A DNA stretch of 64,000 bases from Marsupella aquatica (taxonomy: Eukaryota > Plantae > Marchantiophyta). The DNA lies in contig OZ316891.1 of assembly GCA_973895155.1 (NCBI GenBank), positions 25,543,899 through 25,607,898 of the forward strand, in the 5' to 3' direction. Both the position numbers and the translations under genes were made by a program. The notes below the pieces were generated by a model. It was not told the DNA's origin, made no database searches, and was given only the letters and a program-made list of their open reading frames with translations. Positions 13,482 to 25,620 of the stretch are shown piece by piece. Every line of letters begins with the position of its first letter. The first letter of the stretch is position 1.

Positions 13482-13843
13482 CTTCCCCTTGGAGAGTTTA
13501 GGGGTATAAAATCACCACACTACTAACCCTATGTTTATTTTTGGTGCTGCCCCATTAAAACCTTCTGCTTTCTTCATAAGGAAAAAGGGTTCTAGCCACC
13601 ATTAGTAGGATTTTCTTAAATTTGCACTAAGGTGAGTCTACCTTATAATTTGTCCAAATGTAAAGTTTAATTTGGGTCCCCTATTACTAAAACTACTTCC
13701 CCTTAGTTTAAATGGGGTGTTTACGATAATAATTATTCTATCTTGTATTGGTATGAGAAATCGTATTCTGTCTATGTATACAGGAATGAAAGTTTTAGGT
13801 TGCATCGTCGTCGAGTCGGCTGTCGTCTGTCGGCTCGAGCTGC

Positions 13844-16800
13844 TCATTCAAACTGTGGAGTTTCTCTCGTTTGTGTGTTGACGGGCGGGCGCAATGTCGA
13901 CAATCTTGTCATGCCGATCGCTGCTACGTGCTTTCGATGGAGGCTGGCGGGTAATGGCTTCGTGAATAGATCAGCACAGTTCTCCTGGGAGCTCTTCCAG
14001 TGCACATTGATGTGCTGCCCTATCTGTTCATGGGTAAAGAAAAATTTTGGGTCGATATGCTTCGTGCGGTCTGTCTTCATATATCCTGCATTGATTTGGT
14101 CCACGCAAGCTTTGTTATCTTCATGGATAATCGTCGGTTTGGTGAGTAGTGGCTTACCAGTATTCTTGCGGATGTGGTTTATGATGTTTCGAAGCCATAG
14201 CACTTCTCTTGTTGCTTCGTAAAGAGCTATTACTTCTGAATGATTGGACGATGTGGTAGTCAAGGTTTGTTTTGTACTGCGCCATGATATTGCTGTGTTG
14301 CCTTGCAAGAAGACATAACCAGTCTGAGATTTCGAGTCATGCGGATCGGATAGATATCCAGCGTCCGCGTATCCTTGCAGTTCATCCGGGTTATCATTGG
14401 CGAAATACAGGCCCATATCCATGGAGCCTTGAAGATAACGAAATAGTCGTTTGATGCCGTTCCAGTGGCGAATAGTAGGTTGGGCGCTATGTCGTGCCAA
14501 GAGACTCACTGCAAATGAAATGTCGGGACGGGTGTTGTTCGCCAGATAGAGGAGAGCTCCGATTGCAGATAAATAAGGCTTGTCTGCATCAAGAAGTGGT
14601 TCATTTTCTTGTCTCCTTCTAAACATATCTTTAGTGGTGTCCAGGGATCGCATCTCCATGGGAGTCGAGACTGAGTAAGCATTCTGCATGTTAAACTGTC
14701 GAAGAATTTTCTTTGTGTAAGTTGATTGACTAATAAACATACCTTGTGGCAGGTGGTCGAACTGTAGACCGAGGCAATACGTCGGTTCTCCCAGTTCTTT
14801 CATTTCGAAGATGCCCTTCATTGTATTAATAGTCTACTTTAATAGCTTGGAGGTGCCGAACAGATTGACGTCATCAACATATAGTGCTAATATCACGAAC
14901 TCAGGTGCTAGGTGTTTTATAAAAATGCAAGGGGCGAGGTCGTCATTTATAAAGCCAAGAGTCTGCATCTTAGTTTTGAATGTCTGATACCAGATGCGTC
15001 CGCTCTGTTTCAGTCCGTTTATTGATTTAAGGACTTGCACAGCAAATGCCTGCTGTCCAGTCCCATATTTACCTGGGTACTGGAGTGGTTCTTTGAGTGT
15101 GTTGCCACTGCTCAACACTAGGCCTTTAATGTCATCATCAGGGACAATCTGTCGAAGTCCCGACTTCATGTCCTGACTTAGGGTATGTATATTCTTCCCT
15201 TGGATGTGCTCTACCACTCTTTCGAGCAATTCCTTTGGAGCTTTCATATATATTTCGGAGTCTAAGACTCCATATAGGTACGCAGTTACCACGTCCATGA
15301 GTATGTTTTTGAGTTTATGCTTTCTTGAAAAAGATATTAAGTACCTAAAGGTAGTTACATCCATAACTGGCGAATAGGTTAAATCGTAATCCCTTCCAGG
15401 GATTTGGGTGTAGCCTTTCGCTACAAGCCTTGCTCGATATCTTATGACATCTCCTTGGGCATTGCGTTTTCTAACGAATATAAAATGACTATCTGTATAG
15501 TCATTCTTTGGTTGTACAACCTTAACTGGGCCGAATACTTGTCTTTTGATTAATGCGTCCATTTCTGTATTGATAGCCTCTCTCCACTGTGGCCAATCGG
15601 GCCTTTTCTGTGCTTCTTTGATTGTATAGGGATCAGGTGTATCATTTGAGATGGATTGGGCTATATGATAAGCAAACTGCTCGTCTATTATTGTGTTTGA
15701 TCGAGCATAAATGTGTCCTGTGTGTGTGTATTGAATAGACATTTCTTCATTATCTGGTGCCCTCTTTTTCTCTGGTTCGATACTGACCAGATTAAATGTG
15801 GTTTCAGTATTTACCGTTTGTGCACGTCTCTGGCGAGGGCGAGAATCAGTGGATCCTAGTGGGCGTCCTCTCTTCGCCTTAGGTAAGGTTTCCTTTGCTT
15901 GAGTTGGCAGCAGCTGAATCCGAGCTGGGGTATTGACTGCTTCAACATGTGATCTGGTCACATTTGCTGCGTCATTGAAAGCGTCAGGAATCTTTTCCAA
16001 CATTTCGTGGAGATGTAATAAGCGCCTTACCTCCTCGTCTGCACTTTGAGTTCTTGGATCTTGATTGAGTAGATTTCTGCTATTCCAATTGAGCTGTACT
16101 GGTGTTATGTCGTGTGATGTAGTTGGCGCCTTAAGTAATGAGGGGAAAATTTCCTCATAGAAATGGCAGTCAGCGTGTCTTGCTTTAAATACATCAGCTG
16201 TGCTAGGTTCCAGATAGCGGATAATAGACGAGGAGTCATGGCCAATATAAATACCTTCTCTCCTCTGTGGGCCAAGTTTGGATCGATGTGGCCCAAGGAT
16301 GGGTACCATCACTTTACATCCGAATACTCTAATGTGTGAAAGATCAGGGGGTAAACCGAATGCAAGGTGATGAGGGGTTTTAGTATTAAATGCTGACGGC
16401 CGATACTTAAGCAAAGTTGTTGCATGGAGGACAGCGTGTCCCCATGCTGAAGGTGGTAGTTTAGAGTTCAATAGAAGTGGCCTTGTTATCATTTGAATCC
16501 TTTTTATGACTGACTCTGCTATGCCGTTCTGGAAATGGACGTAAGGAACTGAGTATTCAATGTCGATCCCCGCTGTCATACAGAAGTCGTCAAATGCTCT
16601 GGAGGTAAATTCCCCTGCCCCGTCCACTCGCAATTTCTTAATTGGACAATCTGGGAATTGTACTCGAAGTTTTAATAAGTTGGCTAAGATTCTGGCAAAG
16701 ACCAGGTTACGAGTAGAAATTAATGAAACTTGGAGCCATTTAGTTGAAGAGTCTACAATGGCTAAAAAATATCTGAAAGGCCCACTTGGAGGGTGTATTG

Positions 16801-18484
16801 GCCCGCAGACATCAGCATTTAGACGTTCCAGGAATTTAGGGATAGTATAGATGGTCTTTTGTGTAGCTGGGCGTGTACTCAGCTTCCCCTGAGAACATGC
16901 CAGACATTGCTTATGATTTATAGATGGACGCACTCCTTTAGGGATTCCTCGTGAGTCATTGATGATGCTACGGTACATATTTATTCCCGGGTGCCCCAGT
17001 CGACAGTGCCAGAGGTATGTAAGATTATTTGATTCTGCTGTGGCATAGTTCGCTGTTATTGGGGCTGCATATAAACCCGGGGGTATTAGAGGTAGTATCT
17101 CTTTGATTTGAATTCCATCTGTGGTCATGGCTACTATTTGCAAAGTAGGTTTCTGCTGGAGCATTGCTGTGCGGAGTTGATAATTATTAGCAACAACGTC
17201 TTTGAAGCTAATCAAATTTCGAGTAGCTTTTGGTGCAAAGATAGTTGCTTCGATGTTAATGACTGTTCCTTGGGGAAATTTGACAGTAGCCTTTCCTGTT
17301 CCTTCCTCAATCTTATTCGTACCTGATATGGTTGTCATTACCCTGGCAGATGGAGTGATGTCTTGGAAATAACTCCTATCTTTTAGGATAGTGTGGGATG
17401 TCCCACTATCAATGATACCTAAATTGGGATCGTTGGAGGAGGGATATGGTGGCTCTACTGTCACCAGATGAGCTTCAGCGTTGGATTGGTCTATCATATC
17501 AGTTTCTTCTCGATAAGATGGTAGCTCCTCTTCCAATTCCATATAGTTGCCATCTGGATTTTGCTTTAACTTAGCTCTTGCTTCTGAGTGCCTCTTAGCC
17601 GCTTGGTCAGAAGCCCAGCAGTCTTTCTTTAGGTGGCCAATTTTTCCACATCTATAACACATTCGGTCTTCTCGTGTGTTGTCAGATGATTGGGCGTGAC
17701 CTCTGCCGCGTCCTCTTCCTCTACCCCGGCCACGGCTTCTGCTGCCTCGACCTCTGGTATTTTCATACTGATTTCCCCTTCCACTATAATTTGAGTTGCG
17801 ACCTCGTCCTCTATATCCACCTCTTTGTGTACCCCGGCCTCTTATATTTCGTTGTTGGTCTTCTGGGGCATTGTAATTAATTTCTGGTTTCTGTGGTATT
17901 GGTGCAGTGCCTGGTGGTCGTTTCCTTGCATTCTGTAGAGAGACAATTTGTTGTTTCTCCTCTACTAGGAGATGTGCAATTAAGTTAGAATAAGTTGTGA
18001 ATTGCATATTCCTGTATTGAGTTCCCAAGGCGATGTTGGCCTCTGGGAAAGTACTCAACGTTTTATCGATTTTGTCTAAGTCTGCAACTGGGTGGCCACA
18101 CATCTCTAATTGAGATGTAATACGAAATAGAGAACTATTATAATTTGCTATAGAAGTATGATCCATGACACGTAGATTAAACCAATCCCTGCGGGCTTCT
18201 GGGAGCCAGACCTCTCGCATATGGTCAAATCGAGCTTTTAATTTGTCCCATAATAGACGGGGATTAAGATCACTCATATATTGTGTCTTCAGTGATGGTG
18301 TCAAATGCTGTCTAAGTAGAAATACAGCTTTGGCCTTCTGTTGCAATGTTAAATTGTCATCAGTAATTAATGTATCCTCTAGTTGTATTGATGCGAAGTA
18401 GGTCTCTACATCTATTGACCAGGTTAAGTAATTATTGCCATCTGCCAATAGGGCTGGAAAGTGTAATTTCTCCAGGGTGGCCAT
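13844..18484 (-). pseudogene. gag-pol polyprotein with one in-frame TAG in RT (14834-14836)
   Basis: The 1216-aa and 325-aa ORFs are in the same frame. Motifs: CYRCGKIGHLKKDC, IIDSGTSH, WHCRLGHP, DGAGEF, LYVDD, GYADAGY, ADLFTK. Confidence 0.95.
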
Positions 18485-18924
18485 AGTATCTCAAATCTGT
18501 AACAAATCACTGTCCGCGTTCTGATTAATATCAAATCTATGTCGTTCTCAATTACTTCAATCACTCGTGCCTTTTTATCCACGGGATTTTCCTTGGCGAT
18601 AAAAGAAACTCAGGATTTCCGTGGCGGAACAATAAGATATAAAAAAATTGAGTCGAATTTGAACGGGAAAACACTATTTCAAAGTGATTCATGCCTCTCC
18701 GATAGTGTCACTAATCAATTATATACGGATTGTGTGTTTTCCGTAAGGATTCGTGGACTATTCAGAGGATCCGAAGTTTAAATTATGGTGTGATTTGAAT
18801 CGGTGGCAGTTACTGATGTGGGGTGGGGCTAAAAACGCAACATTGGAAGTCAATTTCTTTGTCTGAAAGCCGTACTCCAATTATCCTACCTTAACTCCAA
18901 ACTGAAAAAAATTTAGATGCTATT

Positions 18925-18936
18925 GTGCTGATAACG
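18925..18936 (-). other. Primer-binding site of copia 2 (half-tRNA-Ile type)
   Basis: CGTTATCAGCAC immediately inside the 5' LTR; same core as copia 1. Confidence 0.8.
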
Positions 18937-19100
18937 TGTTGTGTGACAATGGAGAGACTTGCAACTCGCTGTTGTGTTCCATTATGGGTGTGACTTATAT
19001 AGTCACCATAGGGTTACATGTTGGGGTTGGTGTTAACCCATGTTACCCCTTCAGGATAGGGTTAGGGGTTAACCATGGTCTAGAGTAAATGGTTACAACA
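18937..19100 (-). repeat. 5' LTR of copia element 2
   Basis: Direct repeat of 13318-13481. Confidence 0.97.
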
Positions 19101-20312
19101 AATGGATGGAAATCTTTCCAAAGTTCCTAGAATCCTGCTGATTTTCATGCCCACCTATAATCTTGCTCTGCCTCTCCCACTCCGTGTATCTCCGAGACAA
19201 ACCTGCTGGACTCCCACAACATTCATTGCAATCGACGAGTGCAGCTTCCTCATGTGACCCAGCTGCTGGTTTGGTCCGACCCAATCCCAACCCCCATGAG
19301 AAATAATGGAATCCGATCGGAATGAGGGAAATTCAGTGTCCCATGGTTTGCCAAATTCTTTCCCTGACTTCCCGGTCCGCGCACCTTTGTACAGACCACT
19401 AGCTGCATAATCTGTCACAGGCCAAGCAAACTCTTTGTGCACAACGTCACTCTTTATATCGACTCTTCCCTCTATGCAATTCTGAACCTCCTTACTACAA
19501 GCAAGGACTAGGATTTCTCGAGCTTTTCCATGAGAAGAACTCCTTGGTATGCGGATTCAAACCAAAACTCTGTATTCTATGTACATACAAAATTCAAAGC
19601 AAAACTCCTTTTGATGAGGATATCCAACGAGAGCTCCCTACAAGAGACGCTAACGGAAAGCTATCCTGTTGTGTGCTTCTTATTGCTAAGATTTCAGCTT
19701 AAAATTATGTCTAAGAATTCAGGTTTGAACCTTATGGCTAAGATTCAGCTTCGAGGCCAATCTTGGTAAACCCAAAGGTGAGAAGAAGAACAATAATCGG
19801 GTAACAGCGAGCAATCATGATGGACACAAACCTCATTGAGAATGAGGGTGGTAATGTTGTGAAGGAATCGATTCTGCTATTTGTTTCTGGAAACAATAAT
19901 TACTCTCTAGACACACATTCTTGACTTGGATGTTTATACCTGATATGTATGCGTCTCCAAGTACGTGGATTGAGAGACAATATGGGTTGGTGACAGACGG
20001 TGATGGCGAACATACAAGAGGAGTGCCAAGGAATTCAAGTGTTATTTTCACAAGTGGAGTCCATTCAATCAGTGAGTGCCCTGATTAGTAAATGGAAGTA
20101 AAGTGTGTAACTAGGAATATATGTCCCTCATTAGTACATATATGTAAGTAGGCTGTGCCACTGGGATATGTGGTTTTAGCAGCGTTGGATAGAATTCCTT
20201 TCAAATTAGTAAATTAAATAAAGGCTCTAAGCATAAAGCGTGAACTCTAAGTTGTATCAATAAATGAGATTGATTTCTTTCCCATTATGACCGTCTCTTA
20301 AAATGCAGAGTC

Positions 20313-21419
20313 ATGGCCTTGCAAGACATTACAAACAAATGGGGCAAGTCGTATGAGATACGGTTTGCAGTGGATCCAAAATATGCGCCCCTCATCAAAA
20401 GAGGGGTCAATGTTGACTTGCAAACACAGAAATTTGATTTCCCCCAAAAAAGGGTTGAGGGGGCTACTAACATAGACCTGTGGATAAATGGGGCTATATA
20501 CCCTAAAGATCCAAGAACAAATGCACCACCACCCTTTACAACCTTGAAGGAGCTTGTAGTTTATATTTGTGAAGGAGAAAATGGATTCTATGGATATGCC
20601 CATAGCCTATCAAAAACAAATATGACTATTACTAAGCAATACAAGGCAAACATCAAAAACATAGAAAGTGGCAGGGCTTTTTTTATGCAAGTGAGTCGTG
20701 AGCTGAGGGTGGAGAACCTTCAGTTGCTACAAAAAATACAGTCATTGCAATCTGACCATGATCAAATAGCAAGCTTACAACAATCAGTTTTGGCATGTAC
20801 AACATCATTGCAAAACAAAGAGAAAGAGCTTGTTTCTTTGAGAACAAAATATGATAAATTGTTGCGAGAAGGGCATGTTCGCAAAAGAAAAGACTTGTCA
20901 GATCTGAGTCAAACAGGTGGGCATGCAAAAAGATTAAGACGTCCAGTCCGAACTCTACTACAAGCAAGGACTTCAAAGGAGGTTCAAATGGATAATGCAA
21001 TATGTGGGGGGAAACATTGTGTTTGTGGAGATGTTGAAGCACAAAGACAGAATGCTATGTTACTTGCAAAGATGTTGACAAAAGAGGAGAAGGAGTACAT
21101 GGTGCAACAACCTAGCATGACCACAACAATTGTGAAGGCCACAAACAGTATCTTGACTGAAGTTGGAGATCCTATCCAGCCAACTAGTATGTTGGCAGTG
21201 TGTGATCAAACTGGTGTTTCTCAGAAAGGTTTTTCTGCTATCCGTAAAACTTTGAAAAATGGCTTCAAGTTTGTGCATCCACTGTTGAAACTTGCTGCTA
21301 TTCCTAATTCCTCTCAAGTGTCTAAGTTGAGGGTTGAATATAATGCAAACCTTGTTCACTTCATTGGTGAGTACAAAAGCTTGCATATGGAGCTTCCAGA
21401 TGCCCCAAAGGCGAGATAG
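20313..21419 (+). CDS. N-terminal part of a putative RAG1/Transib-like DDE transposase, probably truncated
   Basis: 368-aa ORF with a coiled coil. IQPTSMLAVCDQTGVSQKGFSAIRKTLK...IPNSSQVSKLR resembles the RAG1 segment [28 protein letters not shown] that precedes the catalytic core. The ORF ends 2 bp before the MULE TIR. Confidence 0.4.
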   Translation: MALQDITNKWGKSYEIRFAVDPKYAPLIKRGVNVDLQTQKFDFPQKRVEGATNIDLWINGAIYPKDPRTNAPPPFTTLKELVVYICEGENGFYGYAHSLSKTNMTITKQYKANIKNIESGRAFFMQVSRELRVENLQLLQKIQSLQSDHDQIASLQQSVLACTTSLQNKEKELVSLRTKYDKLLREGHVRKRKDLSDLSQTGGHAKRLRRPVRTLLQARTSKEVQMDNAICGGKHCVCGDVEAQRQNAMLLAKMLTKEEKEYMVQQPSMTTTIVKATNSILTEVGDPIQPTSMLAVCDQTGVSQKGFSAIRKTLKNGFKFVHPLLKLAAIPNSSQVSKLRVEYNANLVHFIGEYKSLHMELPDAPKAR

Positions 21420-21699
21420 GTAACATCATCAGTTATCAGTGACTGATAACTGATATCAGTGAAGGGTCCATAGTGAGGGGATGTGGGCGAGGTCTCTGAC
21501 ATTGGCAAGGATATGTCGGCGTACTCGCCAACATCATAAAATCATTCAAGCGGACCCAATATGTCCTTTCCGTACACATTAATGCGACCAAATTAGAATG
21601 TCAGCGAGACCGCCGACTTGATCTTTACTATAATTGTTTTTGGAAACTTCATACATTGTCTCTCCTTGGTGGGTTAGGTGCTATGCTTGGCTGTTTCGT

Positions 21700-22075
21700 G
21701 TTGGGAAAAGATCTCGGCGAGGGTCGCCAACTTCACAAAGCTGCGTGCTCAAAACAAAGTTGTCTGTTCAAAACCGCAAAATGTGTCAGAGACCCTCGCC
21801 GAGTGTTGCATGGCATTGGCGATCTGACGTACGTCCAGCAATCTGACGTACGCCAGCATATCTTGGAGAAGGCCGCCGAGATCTGGCCGAGTATCATCTC
21901 AGAGACCCTCGCCGAGTTTTGCATGTCGGCGAGGTGGTCGACATTGGCGATCTGACGTACATCCAGCAATTTGACGTACCCCAGTATATCTCGGAGAAGG
22001 CCGCCAAGATCTGACCAAGATTCATCTCAGAGACCCAAGCTGAGTTCTGCATGTCGGCGAGGTAGCCAACATTGA
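21700..22075. repeat. Subterminal ~120-bp tandem repeats
   Basis: Repeated agagaccctcgccgag...cattggcgatctgacgtac blocks, about 3 copies. Confidence 0.8.
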
Positions 22076-22249
22076 AAAAACACCGTGCCAAACATGTTTG
22101 TCGTGCAAATGTCAAGTAATTTATTAATCACAAACTCATACAAAATTTGTCCATGTTACAAAATCTGAACCAAAACTACCAGGGGTGAGGATAAATTCTT
22201 CTAAACTAAACCTAAACCAACAATGGCGATCGACCTAAACCCTAAATGA

Positions 22250-23062
22250 TCAAATGTCATCACTATGAAGCCCGTACCCACTATCGGGATTGTTGCTCTC
22301 CCAACTCGCTACATCGTCACACCACAACAATGTGTGTAGCCTGTTCTCCACCCATAGCTTGACCCTTCCAAGCTCATCCTTGTCAAAGAAACTGTCATAC
22401 AGATCCCTCTCATATCTCTCTGTCCTCCAAACATAATATGCCACCCAAGACTTCAATGATATAGGTGACATCATCGCGAGGGCATCAATAGGAGGAATTT
22501 GACGCAAGAGGACTCAAAACGTGGACGCGGTTGAGTGTCGAGTCCAATGTCGATTTTCAGATATGTTTTCAACAATGTCCAGCAGCACTTTTATGGCTGC
22601 CCATCCCTTCGAGTGAGTCATTAGGAATCTCCATTTCCTACTAACTCTTGACAATACACGCATGTTGTTGATTGCGTTGAATGTAGCATTATCATCTCTG
22701 CCATGAGCATTTGCACATTCAAATCTGTTTCAAAGTAGAGGCCAAATGTGTCCCTCCGTCAGATCATCCGGGAGGCCGGGGATGAGACTCTGCTTTCGGG
22801 CTTCCTGACTGCGCAATGGATAACGCATAGGCTCCCCCCCAGAACTCCAGGGAGAACTCCATATTGACAACTTATCGGAAAGAGCTATCAATTTCAGCTC
22901 AGTAACGGTCATCCTGAACGTCTCAAGCCGTGCAGCGCACTTCTCATGATAACACCTCTGCGCATTGGATCCTTCCATGTTGAACAAGAGAATAGTGTCA
23001 AGTGGAGACCTCCATGATAAGGCAACCAAAGAGTGAATAGTGATATGGATGATTGACCTCAC
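22250..23062 (-). pseudogene. F-box-like protein, disrupted by stops
   Basis: LIPGLPDDLTEGHIWPLL*...RVSRKWRFLMTHSKGWAAI...IPPIDA; paralogous to 23583-24389. Confidence 0.6.
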
Positions 23063-23582
23063 AAATTTTGCCCAAAACTTATGGTTTTATTGCTAGGAGC
23101 AGATTAACTAAAAAAACATTGTCTAAATATTATGGGACTGTTCGATATATTACGGGGTCTCCTATCTGTTATCCATCTCAGAGAGGGTCTCTGAGATTTT
23201 GCGGATTGTGCCCGCCAATTTGTCAACACAATATAGTACACTTATCTCAGAGACTCTGGCCGACTTCACGAGGACAAAAGTGATGGTAAACAACCTCTCC
23301 AAGACACATCTCAGAGACTCTCGCCAACATGAGAAGGACAATTGTGTACTGCCATGTATGTTGAAGAGGTCACTAACATAACGAGAACACCGCACTGAGA
23401 TTCCGCTCAAAAAATTAAAACTTTTACTATTCAAATGTTTTTGTACAAAATTGTTCTAATTGGTCTATTACACAAAATTGGTCTAATTGTTCTAATTGGT
23501 CTATTACACTAATGCAGGCTGATATTTGACATGGCATTCAATGTGGGCAAACAACTTTCACATTGGTGCTCAGTCGATGCCG

Positions 23583-24389
23583 CTAAAAATTGTCACGATT
23601 AACAGGAACACCATTATCAAGTCTTTCTTGAACCTGTTCAATGTACCAGTTATCAACACAAGTCCTTTTCCAAGACTCTACTTGCGCTTGCTCAAGACCA
23701 TATACGGAGAGGTAGCAATCCACTTCCTCTGAAGCACATAACAACCAAGAATCGATCCTTTCATTTAAGATACTATCAGACAACCGACTCCAAACATCGA
23801 TCGGTGGGAACGCTCTCATTGAATCTCGAAAGAACAAAGGGGTCATTGTAGGCCATCTTACGCGACAAAATGCTATAGCTGTAGTCATTGCAGCCCATAG
23901 TATGGAGTTTGTTATCAAATGTCTCCATTTCCTATTGATATGAGCAACTGATCGCACCGTCAAGAAGAGAGTCTTCACTGGATGATGACCATCCTGAACT
24001 GGATCCAAAACTGCAACACCTTCGAGCATTGACCGAATTTGGGGCCAGATGTGCAACTCCACAACCTCATCAGGCAACCCTGGAATCAAGTTACTCACTA
24101 GAGGGTGACATTGTAGGGGATAACGAGGATTCCAAATGTGAGCACGATCTTGTTCCTTACTAGCCAGAAGCATCCGCAATTCCAATCTAAGCTTTTGTTG
24201 TGTCCTATCAATCAAAAGCTCACGTTCGCCTGCGCCGCGATCCATAGTAAGTTTGTAACAAAAAAACATGCCTAATCTGAGAGCGGGCGGATGGTCTACC
24301 CTCCTATTGTGACCCTGTCCATAGCAAACCCTAAACACTAAACTGACAAGAACAACGGATACATAATATCGGTCACATAAAACGGTCAT
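23583..24389 (-). CDS. F-box-like protein (likely start at MDRGAGE)
   Basis: LIPGLPDEVVELHIWPQI...VAHINRKWRHLI is an F-box signature with an insertion. Confidence 0.65.
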   Translation of the reverse strand: MTVLCDRYYVSVVLVSLVFRVCYGQGHNRRVDHPPALRLGMFFCYKLTMDRGAGERELLIDRTQQKLRLELRMLLASKEQDRAHIWNPRYPLQCHPLVSNLIPGLPDEVVELHIWPQIRSMLEGVAVLDPVQDGHHPVKTLFLTVRSVAHINRKWRHLITNSILWAAMTTAIAFCRVRWPTMTPLFFRDSMRAFPPIDVWSRLSDSILNERIDSWLLCASEEVDCYLSVYGLEQAQVESWKRTCVDNWYIEQVQERLDNGVPVNRDNF

Positions 24390-24393
24390 TTAT

Positions 24394-25620
24394 CCTAAAC
24401 CCTAAACCCTAGGCCCAAAACAAGTGACCCTATTTGGCTGTTTGGTAAATGTCGGCGAGGGTCTCTGAAATACAATGTCGGCGAGGGTCTCCAAGATACA
24501 ATGAGGAAGGAAACCTGTTCATGTCGGCGGAGGTCGTCCAGATCAGACAATACCGGCATTTGATACAAGTTTGTCGACCTCAAAGTCAAGATTGGTTGGT
24601 CATTTTTCCTAAACCCTAAACCCTAGGCCCAACACTGGTGACCCTATTCAGCTATTTGGTAAATGTCGGCGAGGGTCTCCAAAATATCAGCGAGGGTCTC
24701 AGTAATACAATGTCTGCGAGGGTCTCCGAGATACAATGAGGAAGGAAACCTGTTCATGTTGGCGGAGGTCGCCGAGATCAGACAATACCGGCATTTGATA
24801 CAAGTTTGTCGACCTCAAAGTCAAGATTGGTTGGTCATTTTTCCTAAACCCTAAACCCTAGGCCCAACACAGGTGACCCTATTCAGCTGTTTGGTAAATG
24901 TCGGCGAGGGTCTCCAAAATACAATGTCGGCAAGGGTCTCCAAAATACCTTGTCAGCGAGGGTCTCAGTAATACAATGTCGGCGAGGGTCTCCAAAATAC
25001 CCTGTTAACGAGGGTCTCAGTAATACAATGTTGGTGAGGGTCTCCGAGATACAATGAGGAAAGAAACCTGTTCATGTTGGCGGAGGTCGCCGAGATCAGA
25101 CAATACCGGCATTTGATACAAGGTTACCGACCTCAGAGTCAAGATTGGTTGGTTAACACATTCATCCATTCATAGGAACCGTTCATACATAATATCGGTC
25201 ACATATAACCGCGTCTTTTTTCCTAAACCCTAAACCCTAGTCCCAAAACAGGTAACCCTATTCGGCTATTTGGTAAATGTCGGCGAGGGTCTCCGAAATA
25301 CAATGTCGGCGATGGTTTCCGAGATACAATGAGGAAGGATACAATGAGGAAGGAAACCCTATTCGGCTATTTGGTAAATGTCGGCGAGGGTCTCCGAAAT
25401 ACAATGTCGGCGATGGTCTCCGAGATACAATGAGGAAGGATACAATGAGGAAGGAAACCCTATTCGGCTATTTGGTAAATGTCGGCGAGGGTCTCCGAGA
25501 TACAATGTTGGTGATGGTCTCCGAAATACAATGTCGGCAAAGGTCGCCGAGATCAAACAATACCCGCATTTGATACAAGGTTGTTGACCTCAGTTAGAGT
25601 CAAGATTGGTTGGTTAACAC
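24394..25620. repeat. Complex tandem array: ~215-235-bp units with CCCTAAA telo-boxes and ~26-bp sub-repeats
   Basis: cctaaaccctaaaccctag occurs 4 times and tgtcggcgagggtctccgaaatacaa many times. The units include a copy of the transposase 3' end (gtcaagattggttgg). Confidence 0.9.

Larger units (their letters stand above)
13318..19100 (-). mobile_element. Ty1/copia LTR retrotransposon, Bianca lineage, second family, full length
   Basis: 164-bp LTRs (13318-13481, 18937-19100) with no difference seen. TSD AATGG at 13313-13317 and 19101-19105. PBS CGTTATCAGCAC; PPT AAGGGGAAG. Confidence 0.97.

Noticed and set aside
14834-14836. Programmed stop read-through in copia 2
   Set aside because: It lies within RT just after YVDD, where copia 1 has a sense codon; a simple nonsense mutation is more likely.
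20049-20060. RSS/Transib-like terminus (cacaagtg) upstream of the RAG1-like ORF
   Set aside because: Not a CACAGTG/CACAATG match, and there is no partner end or TSD to support it.
24395-25587. Short ORFs (MSARVSEIQC...) in the array
   Set aside because: They are translations of tandem repeats with no domain content.
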